Below, piece by piece: positions 20,713-30,678 of a DNA stretch of 61,892 nucleotides (position 1 is its first letter; every line of letters begins with the position of its first letter). Origin of the DNA: a virus (lineage: Duplodnaviria; Caudoviricetes); the IMG/VR virus record IMGVR_UViG_3300037461_001800, positions 1-61,892 of that record; one strand, given 5' to 3'. The notes beneath the pieces are model-generated. The model did no database searches, was not told the origin of the DNA, and worked only from the letters and a program-made list of their open reading frames with translations. Position numbers and translations under genes: made by a program.

Positions 20713-22491
20713 ATGTTCACTCTAAGCCCATCAGGATATGTGTTAATTTATGACCAAATGTCACCTCTCGGCTTGATTGGTCGAGAGTCCCAACCTGTCA
20801 CTATCACTTCAAACCTAACAGGGCAGGTCTTTTCATCCAAGACATCAGAAAAATACGACCTAAGTATGATGTCGGGGGACAAAGGTTCCGTCGATGGAAT
20901 CATAGAAGCCGGAACACCGGGGACGCTAAGACCGGTGTTCGAAATCCAAGGCGGAGCTGACTGCCCAAATGCTTACATAAAAGCTTGGCTAGATAGCTCA
21001 AATAAATTTTTTGCCGAAATTACCGACGCTTCAGGAAGTGTTGTTGCTACAAGTCTTGCAGCCAGCGGAAGCCTCCCGTCCGGATTTGGAGTAACTTTCA
21101 GACTTGTGTGGTCCTGTGCTGGTAATCTCCCAGATATTTTAATGACAAACTTCGGCGGGGCATATGTTAACGTTGATGGGACAAGACCGGACTGGTCAGT
21201 GTCAAGTAATACTTGGGATCCATGGAGACCAGGGATGATACATGTTGGTGCTTTTTCGGGAAGTTCAACCGCGTTTAATGGGAAAATTAGACATATTTCA
21301 GTCAGTGTGTCCGCAAATCCAGATGCTACATTAAAAACATGGTCCTTGCCGCCAGAAAGCCCGCCACCCACTCTTACATCTGCTTCCATAACTCACTTGG
21401 GAGACTTGGCGGTAGTTGGAACAGACCTCCTCAGCAAACCAGGTCGAACAACGAATGTGCGTTTAACAGGAACTGGAGCTACATATGTAGTGCAGGCAAG
21501 TATCCTGGGAGAAGGTGGACATATCGGACCAGAAACAATCACGGTTCCAGCCATAACGATTCCAGGTATTAACGACACAACTGACTGTGTTGTTATAGCC
21601 AACGGGTTTGACTCTAACTCCGTTACATGTTCTCTCCCATCCGATGAGCCAACAATTTCGAGCGCCACAATAGGATTTGACGAAAGTCTAAACCTAACTG
21701 GCACAAATTTCCTATCGAGAGTTCCAGATGTTTCTTCAATCGAAGTTACAGCTCCTGGGGCTGTAACACTCACAAGATCTCAAGTTCTGACGGGTGGTGG
21801 AACATGGACCGATGTGTCTATTTCGATTCCTGCTTCCCTCGTTCCGGGGATTGATGATACTTCCACATGTGCTGTTACTTCAAACGCTCAAACAACTGCT
21901 TCGCATGCTATTTATTGGCCGGCCCCCGCCCCCGCAGTGTCATCCGCCAGTATTGCACACCTCGGAGAATTGACAATCTCTGGAACTGACATGCTGTCCA
22001 CCTCCCCAGCATCAAATTCCGTAATCATAACCGGAGACGGAGCCGTAACACTCACAAAGGCTCAAATTCTGTCCGACGAGGGTACGTTTACTGCAACAAG
22101 CATCATTATCCCGGCCAGCCTCGTTCCAGGAGTTACTGATTCGTCGTCAGTGAAAATTCATGCAAACCTACAGGATTCAAATGTTGAATCCTGTTCTCTT
22201 CCATCTGACGAGCCAACAATCACTGGAGCTGAGATCCAGCCAACCAGCCTGGATCTTGTTGTTGACGGGATAAACTTCCTATCAAGAACCCCGGATGTTT
22301 CATCAATTGATATCACAACACCAGGCGCCGTAACACTAACCCAATCTGATGTCGAGACGGGTGGTGGAACATGGACCGATGTGTCTATTTCGATTCCAGG
22401 GTCTCTGGTTCCTGGAATCGACGATACATCAACTTGTGCTGTCACATCAAATTCTCAAACTTCCTCCTATTCTTCAATCACTGGTCCATGA
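20713..22491 (+). CDS. Putative virion protein with four Ig/IPT-like beta repeats
   Basis: PxIxSAxI...GTx(F/L/M)LS repeats in ABAB order; identical 42-bp segments at 21789-21830 and 22356-22397. Confidence 0.7.
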   Translation: MFTLSPSGYVLIYDQMSPLGLIGRESQPVTITSNLTGQVFSSKTSEKYDLSMMSGDKGSVDGIIEAGTPGTLRPVFEIQGGADCPNAYIKAWLDSSNKFFAEITDASGSVVATSLAASGSLPSGFGVTFRLVWSCAGNLPDILMTNFGGAYVNVDGTRPDWSVSSNTWDPWRPGMIHVGAFSGSSTAFNGKIRHISVSVSANPDATLKTWSLPPESPPPTLTSASITHLGDLAVVGTDLLSKPGRTTNVRLTGTGATYVVQASILGEGGHIGPETITVPAITIPGINDTTDCVVIANGFDSNSVTCSLPSDEPTISSATIGFDESLNLTGTNFLSRVPDVSSIEVTAPGAVTLTRSQVLTGGGTWTDVSISIPASLVPGIDDTSTCAVTSNAQTTASHAIYWPAPAPAVSSASIAHLGELTISGTDMLSTSPASNSVIITGDGAVTLTKAQILSDEGTFTATSIIIPASLVPGVTDSSSVKIHANLQDSNVESCSLPSDEPTITGAEIQPTSLDLVVDGINFLSRTPDVSSIDITTPGAVTLTQSDVETGGGTWTDVSISIPGSLVPGIDDTSTCAVTSNSQTSSYSSITGP

Positions 22492-22502
22492 TTCATTATA
22501 TA

Positions 22503-22811
22503 TCAATATTCAAGTAGGCCATTTGCCTCAGGCCAAAGATTCACGATATACGCCCCAACGTGGTTTGCATTTCCGGCGGGTAGCGGGAGAAACTCCAGAC
22601 CAACGATCTGTGCGAGTTGTGCACCGTCCCGTATCCTAATGACCTGAGCCCTGATTGGATATAAGCTATGATTCGAACGAATTGCCCAGAGGAATTCTGA
22701 ATGTGACGAATAAATTGCCAACCGTTTTGGTTTACCTGAAATATCAGATATAACCATAACAGGGTCATGTGATGTGATCGGCGGACTGGACAAATCAACC
22801 CTATGCGTCAT
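22503..22811 (-). CDS. Hypothetical protein
   Basis: 102-aa ORF with GGAG RBS. Confidence 0.5.
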   Translation of the reverse strand: MTHRVDLSSPPITSHDPVMVISDISGKPKRLAIYSSHSEFLWAIRSNHSLYPIRAQVIRIRDGAQLAQIVGLEFLPLPAGNANHVGAYIVNLWPEANGLLEY

Positions 22812-22829
22812 TGTTAAACTCCATGCCTA

Positions 22830-23033
22830 TCATTCATACCATGATGCTTCATTATCAAAATATTCAACAATGTTTACAGCCAATAAGAAGAAACCAAAGA
22901 CCGCCAGTTCCCAAACTTTGATTTCTTTAGGTTCAGGTTTAAGATTAAAACATTCGGTGAATGTGCAGCATTCACATTCATTACAACTGCATATTCTTCC
23001 TGATTCAACAGTCGGACATCCAGACTTCACCAT
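22830..23033 (-). CDS. Small Cys-rich protein with a C-terminal hydrophobic segment
   Basis: AAGGAGA RBS; CSCNECECC; LAVFGFFLLAV. Confidence 0.55.
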   Translation of the reverse strand: MVKSGCPTVESGRICSCNECECCTFTECFNLKPEPKEIKVWELAVFGFFLLAVNIVEYFDNEASWYE

Positions 23034-23266
23034 TCCAGAATCTCCTTAAATTTCTTTCGGGAAATGTCAACGAATACCAAACGTATTACATCCTTAACCG
23101 GTGTTTAACAAAATCCAACGGTTTAGTTACGCATATATTCCACTAGCCTAAGCATAAAGACAAACAAAATCATATCGACAGTATGCACATACGCTTTTAA
23201 AGCAAAAATTCCTCACACACTAAACATTCAGACAGTTAGTTTATGGCGTTTAATGCAAAAAAAAAT

Positions 23267-23294
23267 TTTACACCCGATGGTTAACTGTTATAAT
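23267..23294 (+). promoter_or_regulatory. Sigma70-type promoter
   Basis: A-tract, then TTTACA-N16-TATAAT with the extended -10 TGn, upstream of the nucleotidase. Confidence 0.65.
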
Positions 23295-23342
23295 GAACCA
23301 TAACAATGGGCCTAGACCAAATGCAACTGTAAACTATAAATT

Positions 23343-23924
23343 GTGAAGCCAAAAATACTTATGGATGTAGACGGGATTTTGACAGATTTCCACGCCACCG
23401 TAGCCCACATTTCCACAAAGGCTGGTTTCCCAATAACCTCAAAGGAAATGTCTGAATGGGAAATTGGATCTGCACTACGCAATGTAGGCGCTCCTAAAGA
23501 AATAGTCGAGACATGCTTAAAAGCTATATCTTCGGAAGGATTTAATACTAATCTCGAACCTGACAAAGAAGCTCAGATCTGGCTTCCGGAAGTAAAGAAA
23601 ATTGCCAATGTTCTATTTATCACATCCCCAAATTTCGAGTGTCCTACGTGGATACCCGAGCGTGTAAAATGGATGTACAAACATTTTGGTATTGAAAAAA
23701 ACGAAATTTTACTGTCCATAGATAAAAGTTGGGTGCCTGGAGATATATTCATAGATGATTGTCCAAAAAATGTTACCAGATGGTCTTCCAAAAACCATCT
23801 GGGGGTTGCTCTTCTTTGGGATAAACCATATAACCAAGCATTAGATATAAGGAGAGTGGTAGGATGGGAGAAATTGATCACAATAGTTAAAAACTATAGC
23901 TTCTATCAGGTGTTGTCCACATGA
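23343..23924 (+). CDS. 5'(3')-deoxyribonucleotidase (NT5C, HAD family)
   Basis: MDVDGILTDF, ITSP, DK..GDIFIDD, PYN. Confidence 0.88.
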   Translation: MKPKILMDVDGILTDFHATVAHISTKAGFPITSKEMSEWEIGSALRNVGAPKEIVETCLKAISSEGFNTNLEPDKEAQIWLPEVKKIANVLFITSPNFECPTWIPERVKWMYKHFGIEKNEILLSIDKSWVPGDIFIDDCPKNVTRWSSKNHLGVALLWDKPYNQALDIRRVVGWEKLITIVKNYSFYQVLST

Positions 23925-24292
23925 AACCAGAAGATCTCGTTGAAGTAGCTCTGAAGGCTGCCAAAAAACGTGGAGTTAAGATTGTACGTGGTCCCGTGTT
24001 CAACTGGTGTAGTCCCCTTAATAACGAGACCCCACTAGCCTGTAATGCAATCGGAGCTTTACTTCTTCATTTCGGTTTACAAAATTTGGTGCGAGACGGA
24101 TTTAAAACAGGATGGGCCGGTATTCTATGTAATACGTCTGGTTTGACATATCCTTGGATTCTAAGATTCTCCCATGGGTGGAACCACGGAAATTGTCTAT
24201 TAATCACTTACATTGACAATGGAAAAGAAAAGACGTCCCAAGACGAAACATCTAAGAACGCCAACAAAATGGCTTCACGATGGGTGCGTTAA
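23921..24292 (+). CDS. Hypothetical protein
   Basis: ATGA overlap with the nucleotidase gene. Confidence 0.65.
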   Translation: MKPEDLVEVALKAAKKRGVKIVRGPVFNWCSPLNNETPLACNAIGALLLHFGLQNLVRDGFKTGWAGILCNTSGLTYPWILRFSHGWNHGNCLLITYIDNGKEKTSQDETSKNANKMASRWVR

Positions 24293-24445
24293 TCACCGCA
24301 CAAAAATACAGATAGTATAACTAATGGAACACGGATAAATACTTATGAAGTATAATTAGAATCGTAAATATATGTGTTTTATATCGGGTATGTTAATTCT
24401 ATTAATTTTTGTGACAGAAGACTACGTTATACTCGGATGAAACAA

Positions 24446-25510
24446 TCATTTGACTATCACGCCATGAACACCGTTCTCTTGAATTCCTGCTGAGGTAACC
24501 CTAACAAATCTTGCTTTTACTTGAAGTTCTTTGATTGTTTTAGAACCAGTATATCCCATACCAGATTTCAGACCACCAATCAACTGATGTAGAATATCGA
24601 CAACTGGTCCGATATGCGGAACCATTGCTTCAACACCCTCAGGAACAAGTTTATCATTTGTCACATTAGATTGCCCGTAGCGATCTTTAGACCCCCGTTC
24701 CATTGCGCCAACCGACCCCATGCCACGATATTGCTTCCACCGACGGTCAATCAGTTTTCCCGGAGATTCAGTTGCTCCAGCCAACATAGATCCAATCATA
24801 ACAGCATCAGCTCCAGCCCCAATTGCTTTAACAATATCACCGGGGCATTTGATCCCACCGTCAGCCACAATTGGAACTCTATGTTTGTCTGCTTCTTCGG
24901 CACACTCGCACACTGCTGTAAACTGTGGCATTCCACACCCAGATACCATACGTGTAGTACATATACTCCCGGGTCCTTGACCCACTTTAATAATGTCTGC
25001 CCCGGATTCCACTAAAGCTCGTACTCCAGCCAGCGTAGACACATTTCCGGCCATTATCTTCAACTTTGGAAATTTCAACTTGACCCCGGAAACTGCTTTC
25101 AACACATTTATGGAGTGCCCATGAGCCGAATCGACAACAACCAAGTTTAAGAATGCTTCACATTCTGAGATTCTCTGTTCCCAGTCTTTAACCCCTACCG
25201 CTATAGCAATAGTCGGTAAGTTAGCTGAGTCTTTAACCGCGTGACATTTCCTCAGTCTGCGCGCTTTCCCGATCTCTTCTACCTGCTGAACAGCGGTTAA
25301 ATTCTTATGTAAAACCCCACACCCTCCAGCCTCAGCCATTGCTGCCATCATCTTATACTCAGTCACCGTGTCCATTGCAGCACTAAAGATCGGTATCTTT
25401 AATTTTATCCCAGACAGTTCAACACTCGTGTCGACATCTGATGGAACAACTTCACTGTATTGGGGTATGATTAAAACATCGTCAAATGTTAAACATTCCA
25501 CGAGATTCAT
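24446..25510 (-). CDS. guaB: IMP dehydrogenase lacking the CBS (Bateman) domain
   Basis: LTFDDVL, AAMDTVT, DSAHGHS, GPGSICTTR, YRGMGS, DRY flap, VPEGVE; only 354 aa. Confidence 0.93.
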   Translation of the reverse strand: MNLVECLTFDDVLIIPQYSEVVPSDVDTSVELSGIKLKIPIFSAAMDTVTEYKMMAAMAEAGGCGVLHKNLTAVQQVEEIGKARRLRKCHAVKDSANLPTIAIAVGVKDWEQRISECEAFLNLVVVDSAHGHSINVLKAVSGVKLKFPKLKIMAGNVSTLAGVRALVESGADIIKVGQGPGSICTTRMVSGCGMPQFTAVCECAEEADKHRVPIVADGGIKCPGDIVKAIGAGADAVMIGSMLAGATESPGKLIDRRWKQYRGMGSVGAMERGSKDRYGQSNVTNDKLVPEGVEAMVPHIGPVVDILHQLIGGLKSGMGYTGSKTIKELQVKARFVRVTSAGIQENGVHGVIVK

Positions 25511-25525
25511 TCTTCCATAATCCTT

Positions 25526-26815
25526 TCAAGGGTTAACGACAGTTAATGCTCGCGCGCCAATATCTTTCCGATAATGCATGCCTTCAAATCGAATTTGAGA
25601 ACAGGCTAAATAAGCACGATCTCGTGCATTTGTTAATGAGTCTCCCAATCCAACAACCCCGAGTACCCGCCCACCAGATGTAACAAGATCATTTCCAATG
25701 ACTCGCGTGGCTGCATGATATACTATCACGTCTTGCATCCTAACAACTGTATCCAATCCGTCAATACGATCACCGGTCCTCACATGACTTGGATACCCAT
25801 GCGATGCCAATATCACACATAGTGCGTTGCGCTTTTTGACTTGAAGCATCCCTTCTTGTAGGTTACCAAGTGCACATGCATAGCAAGCCTCTGCAAAATC
25901 TCCTTGCAATAATGGTAACACGACTTGTGCCTCTGGATCACCGAAGCGTACATTGAACTCTAGTAAACTCGGGTCACCATCGGGTGAGATCATCAAACCA
26001 GCATATAGTACACCGCGAAATGGATGCCCACGGTCTCGCATACCCATAAGTGTTGGCACCATTATACGCTCACGTATTTTCTTTTCCAGTTGTGGTGTGA
26101 GTATGTGTACTGGTGCATATGCGCCCATACCCCCAGTATTTGGTCCCATATCACCATCGCCAACACGTTTATGATCCTGCGCAGCAGGAAGTAGAATCAT
26201 ATTCTCGCCATCACACACGGCTTGAATACTTAGCTCTGTACCATAAAGTCTATCTTCAATAATTACCGGCGTGCTAGCAGCACCAAACATACGCTGACCT
26301 AACAACATTTCAATCGTTTTCAACGCTTCTGAAACAGACTCAGGAAGAATAACACCCTTACCGGCACACAGACCGTCAGCTTTAATAACTAAAGGTTTGT
26401 CATGCTTCAACACGTAGTCCTGTGCTATAGAGAGTTCGGAAAAAATATAACATGGAGCAGTTGGTATCTTATAATCAGTTGCAAATTTTTTCATGAACGC
26501 CTTTGACCCCTCAAGTCTTGCAGCCAGTCCTGTTGGTCCAAATGCCGGAACACCGTGTTGATATAATTGATCAACAACACCTTCGACCAAGGGTCCTTCT
26601 GGTCCAACAACAACTAGGTCAATCTTGAACCGGTCAACAATCTCTAGTATAGACCCGTTTTTACCCTGATGTGTGGGACAAAACCACTCCTGAGAAATAC
26701 CTGCATTCCCCGGAATTGCAAACACTTTAGATACTGAAGGTGATGCAGACAACGTCGCACAAAGTGCATGTTCGCGACCGCCACCGCCAATCACCAGGAT
26801 GTTTTTTGAAGCCAT
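25526..26815 (-). CDS. purD: Phosphoribosylamine-glycine ligase
   Basis: GGGGREHA, LEGSKAF, KADGLCAGKGV, GPNTGGMG, EFNVRFGDPE. Confidence 0.97.
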   Translation of the reverse strand: MASKNILVIGGGGREHALCATLSASPSVSKVFAIPGNAGISQEWFCPTHQGKNGSILEIVDRFKIDLVVVGPEGPLVEGVVDQLYQHGVPAFGPTGLAARLEGSKAFMKKFATDYKIPTAPCYIFSELSIAQDYVLKHDKPLVIKADGLCAGKGVILPESVSEALKTIEMLLGQRMFGAASTPVIIEDRLYGTELSIQAVCDGENMILLPAAQDHKRVGDGDMGPNTGGMGAYAPVHILTPQLEKKIRERIMVPTLMGMRDRGHPFRGVLYAGLMISPDGDPSLLEFNVRFGDPEAQVVLPLLQGDFAEACYACALGNLQEGMLQVKKRNALCVILASHGYPSHVRTGDRIDGLDTVVRMQDVIVYHAATRVIGNDLVTSGGRVLGVVGLGDSLTNARDRAYLACSQIRFEGMHYRKDIGARALTVVNP

Positions 26816-26960
26816 AATAGTTATCCACAACTGTCAACACAGAACTTAACACCGGTACAACTATAGGTTTTGTGATCTAATTATCTACATGCGGTTAGAT
26901 TACATGATATTCCGGATGTCTCCTTCTTACCAAATTCATTATGGACACCCATACGCAGCC

Positions 26961-26969
26961 ATTATACCA
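26961..26969 (-). promoter_or_regulatory. Extended -10 promoter upstream of purD-guaB
   Basis: TGGTATAAT on the minus strand in the intergenic gap. Confidence 0.55.
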
Positions 26970-26993
26970 CAGACACTGGGTTTTTCCGCCCTA

Positions 26994-27323
26994 TCAGTTA
27001 CATACGGTCTCAATATCCTCACAGGTTTTAGCTTCATTTATAATGCATTCGTTATTCCAAGCCACACCGTTATTATGTTGATAAACACAAAAATCTACAC
27101 ATGATATTTGTCCCCCGTCCTTAAGAGGAACCGGTTTCCCCTCCTCACAGCCAATAACATCTGGACCGGCATCAGCCGGAACAAGCTTATTGTTCATAAC
27201 GTCGCAAGCTGCTGAACACTGATCTGCAGGCTTGGGGGTGATGTGGGGGGCGGGATCTTGTCCGGTGGTCCACGCACATGCACACACAAAAACATACAGC
27301 ACTAAATTATAGTTACGTTTCAT
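26994..27323 (-). CDS. Small secreted/lipoprotein-like Cys-rich protein
   Basis: Basic then hydrophobic N-terminus, many Cys; TAATG coupling to the protease stop codon. Confidence 0.65.
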   Translation of the reverse strand: MKRNYNLVLYVFVCACAWTTGQDPAPHITPKPADQCSAACDVMNNKLVPADAGPDVIGCEEGKPVPLKDGGQISCVDFCVYQHNNGVAWNNECIINEAKTCEDIETVCN

Positions 27324-28150
27324 TATAGCGCTCCGCGTACAGCACACCAAAGTGACTTGGTCTTATGCCATGTTATATAGTCAGGATGAAGCCAACAGTA
27401 TCCTTGTTCACCCCACCTGGGACTCCAAGAGTTTCTAACTTTAAAAGCCTGACGAGCGGGGTCCCATCCACAAATAACCATAGCATGGCGCCCAATAACC
27501 GTGTCATAGGTGCCAGGTCTATGCATGACTCCACCAACATACTGCATGAACGTCTTCGTTAGCGCAGTCCCAAACAGAACATTATGCTTGGCATTCAAAG
27601 CTTGAACAATTGCACGTAGACGGTCATCTCCATCCCTGTTTATACTATAAAACGCGTCAAACCTGTTAGGAAAAGCTTCACGATATGACATGATTGATGG
27701 CCTAACCGTCGCCTTCAGAGGATCGTATGGCCATCTAGCCTCCGTACAAACACCAAACCTGGCCAGAACATCCATGGCTAAACGATTGAAGGTTCCACTA
27801 TTTGGGTTGTTTATTTGGGGTGGGTCCATCTCATTACGAGAATTCCACCATATAAACATGCGAGACAAATCTGGAGTCGATGCACGGGCCTGTTGTAAAC
27901 CCATACCACCGTTTACCCTATCAAGAATGGTAGCGGCTTCCATCATGTCAGCTGCTGCATTGGCGACACAAGCTGGGAGACTAAACTGATCCGAAATATC
28001 CTTAAAATAAGGTGCGTTATCGATCAACTGTGAATCTGTTGACGACGAGGAAGTCAGTGGACTTGAATCAAATGGAACGTCCCTAACATCAAAAGGATCT
28101 TCGACCCACCCAAAATTCATCAATACTTGTACTCCAGCAATAGCTATCAT
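27323..28150 (-). CDS. Papain-like C1A cysteine peptidase
   Basis: DQxxxxACVANA, GRHAMVICGWD, VRNSWxxxWGEQGY; start may be 28120. Confidence 0.9.
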   Translation of the reverse strand: MIAIAGVQVLMNFGWVEDPFDVRDVPFDSSPLTSSSSTDSQLIDNAPYFKDISDQFSLPACVANAAADMMEAATILDRVNGGMGLQQARASTPDLSRMFIWWNSRNEMDPPQINNPNSGTFNRLAMDVLARFGVCTEARWPYDPLKATVRPSIMSYREAFPNRFDAFYSINRDGDDRLRAIVQALNAKHNVLFGTALTKTFMQYVGGVMHRPGTYDTVIGRHAMVICGWDPARQAFKVRNSWSPRWGEQGYCWLHPDYITWHKTKSLWCAVRGAL

Positions 28151-28300
28151 GTATACACTCTCTTTCGCAATTCGAGTTCAAACTCAACACCTATTAACTA
28201 TCATCCCTTATAAAGGGAGTTTATTCTTATCGTCTAAGAATAAAGCTACAAGCTATCAAAAATAGAGTTACACTTGAAGAAAGATTCAATGGCAGTCCAA

Positions 28301-28537
28301 CTAGACAACTTTTTTCCAAAATGCAGCAATGGTTATTCCAGTTATTGGGTCCCCGGAAGGGGGAGATGGGTCCGGGTTGTCTTCGGTTGTCCAAGTCTCG
28401 TATAATAATTCGACTGTATTCCAAGCCCTATGAAAATAGAACTTTCGCAAAGCAGGCGTCGGTTCTGTATACGGTAATTTATCAAACTCAAAAATTGGTT
28501 TGTTGACTAGTGGCCTTGTGAAATTATAACTAGCCAT
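28301..28537 (-). CDS. Small hypothetical virion-associated protein
   Basis: Last gene of the second fibre operon; loosely similar to 5061-5384. Confidence 0.6.
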   Translation of the reverse strand: MASYNFTRPLVNKPIFEFDKLPYTEPTPALRKFYFHRAWNTVELLYETWTTEDNPDPSPPSGDPITGITIAAFWKKVV

Positions 28538-29559
28538 TACAACCTAAAAGGATCTCCTGGACAAGGGATCCAAAAAGCCGAACCGGAACCGCCAACACTG
28601 CATACTCTAGTGTCTCTATCTAAAAAAGCTGGAGTTCCTAGTACTAATGATCTCGGACACCACCAAACATCTGACAATCTACCTCTATAACTTTTTTTCC
28701 CCGAAGTTGTACAATATGTCCGAATTTGTTCCGATGCATACTTATTATAATACGGGTCTTCAACTTCGTTATGAAGTATTGACTGATTTGGTTTAGTAGT
28801 TCCGTCCTGAGACGTCGGATAATTTCTAACCATGCTTAGCGTTATTTGGGTTCCATCCGGATCAAGTCCGATACCATCATTCCACACACTGCTATTTAGG
28901 TCTAATGTTGATGTAATATCATCTTTAGCAAAGAAGAATGCCCCAAACGTGTCCTGACGGGGCGTTTCTTCCATAATGTTGAATATTAATAGCGATGAAA
29001 CTGAAGAGCTGCCATCAACATCACTAACTCCATATCTAACAAACATGAAAAAACTTCCATCGTTTGCCACAACAACGTCTATTATATATGCTTGGCTATT
29101 ACCCCCACTTGAGCCGGGCTGGACCACACATGCACCGCTAGCAGCAGGCCCAGTGAACGGTGGGAGTCTATACGTGACCATATTTGATAAATCCGGTTCA
29201 CTCTTTGTTATCCAAAATCTTGTAGGTGTGGCCCTATCGTAGTTATCATCAGAAAGAGCCATAATAAACCAATAGGGCCCCTTCGTTCCTGTTGGACTTT
29301 TCAGTATCATCCATGATCCTGGATTAATATAAGTATCATTCATAGAATTCTGACAGATTACATCCTCCCAACTTGTCCAGGTGTCATATAAACCAACAAC
29401 GGATGTGTTCGAACTGGCAACGACAGTCCACGCTCCAACAGAGGCGTTGACCAATGCCTCTTTGAACCAATACATAAGACTGGGTATTTCTACGTCATAC
29501 CACTGCCTGGCCGGTCGTTTAGATTCAAAAGGACGACACCATGTTTTTTCTAAAGGCAT
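28537..29559 (-). CDS. Putative virion protein, paralogous module family
   Basis: EKTW, WTVVASSN, SWMILKSP, RGRLSDVWW. Confidence 0.7.
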   Translation of the reverse strand: MPLEKTWCRPFESKRPARQWYDVEIPSLMYWFKEALVNASVGAWTVVASSNTSVVGLYDTWTSWEDVICQNSMNDTYINPGSWMILKSPTGTKGPYWFIMALSDDNYDRATPTRFWITKSEPDLSNMVTYRLPPFTGPAASGACVVQPGSSGGNSQAYIIDVVVANDGSFFMFVRYGVSDVDGSSSVSSLLIFNIMEETPRQDTFGAFFFAKDDITSTLDLNSSVWNDGIGLDPDGTQITLSMVRNYPTSQDGTTKPNQSILHNEVEDPYYNKYASEQIRTYCTTSGKKSYRGRLSDVWWCPRSLVLGTPAFLDRDTRVCSVGGSGSAFWIPCPGDPFRL

Positions 29560-29561
29560 CT

Positions 29562-30677
29562 TCACACCGGGGATGATGGTGATGGTATCCAAAGTTTAAG
29601 TTCTCTATCATAATCGACATCAGATCCTCGCACGCCAATGCTGGCGAAATAATATCTGATGTCATCATTAGAATCAACAATGACATCTCCCCGATCGAGA
29701 ACAGCTTTAAGAACATCTGGAGCCAGATATAAATCCGGAGCCCTTCCGACATATGCGGACGTTGCTGGATCACTCCCGCTAATACCTGACTGGGAATAAT
29801 AAACACTCCATGTCCGAATAAAATGAGCTGGGAATATTGACATCTTTCCTTCAAAATCTAGTGGGAAATCGGTAGACTGAACAAGCGTGTTATAACCCCG
29901 GCATGGGAAACAAGCTAGTCCACCTCTGTATGGATACCTAACCTTCGGGGTTTGAGCAGTCCAGTCATCCCAATTTGTTAAGTGTAACCCGAACACGCTA
30001 TGGAGATCCATTGCCCAGATTGCTCTGTACGCGGAATTTATATCTCCAGTAAGGACCACTGGTAAATATCCAGAAATCCCAGATGTGTCCAATATCAAAA
30101 ACGAACACATCCCTGCATAGTGAATGCTCCAATCACTCTTTTGGATTACTATAATAAAACTTCCGTCACTGGAACATGCAGATGTGTGTAAGGTATACGT
30201 AATAGATGACGACGGCCAGAATGTATTGTTATATCTTGACCCGGCTAACCTCGCCAAGGGATTTGGCAACGGTAAATCAGACCCCACAGGCTCCAAAAAT
30301 TTCATGTCACTTGCAAAAAAGCAAACACTAGCCGATAAGCTAGAACCCGATCCGTACATACCAAGGAGTATATGGTACTGACCAGTTTTTCCCATTGGAC
30401 TACGAAGCATAGTCCAGGAGGTGTTCTGTGCGATTTGTGCATAATTTGACCATACATCATATGGGCCTGTGCTATCGCCACCGTAAGATCCACCACCTGT
30501 AACACCTTCATATTCGTATAGGGCACTATGGCTCGATGCTTCAACAGTCCATCCAGCCTGGGATACCATCAAATTTTTTGTGCGATGCATTATCTGCTGA
30601 CGAGAGATTACCGTTGCCGAACTCGAAACAGAAAATGACTGTCTTAAATAGGTCCAGTTTTTTTCCCAAGCGTACAT
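29562..30677 (-). CDS. Putative virion protein, paralogous module family
   Basis: EKNW, GWTVEASS, SWTMLRSP; YEYEGxTxGGxYGGDSTGPxDVW shared with 31701-35534. Confidence 0.7.
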   Translation of the reverse strand: MYAWEKNWTYLRQSFSVSSSATVISRQQIMHRTKNLMVSQAGWTVEASSHSALYEYEGVTGGGSYGGDSTGPYDVWSNYAQIAQNTSWTMLRSPMGKTGQYHILLGMYGSGSSLSASVCFFASDMKFLEPVGSDLPLPNPLARLAGSRYNNTFWPSSSITYTLHTSACSSDGSFIIVIQKSDWSIHYAGMCSFLILDTSGISGYLPVVLTGDINSAYRAIWAMDLHSVFGLHLTNWDDWTAQTPKVRYPYRGGLACFPCRGYNTLVQSTDFPLDFEGKMSIFPAHFIRTWSVYYSQSGISGSDPATSAYVGRAPDLYLAPDVLKAVLDRGDVIVDSNDDIRYYFASIGVRGSDVDYDRELKLWIPSPSSPV

Positions 30678-30678
30678 T

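Noticed and set aside
24446-25510. GMP reductase (guaC) as an alternative call
   Set aside because: The RY-containing flap and VPEGVE motif fit IMPDH better
28204-28218. Hairpin TCCCTT-ATA-AAGGGA as a terminator
   Set aside because: Short stem and no U-tract on the transcribed (minus) strand
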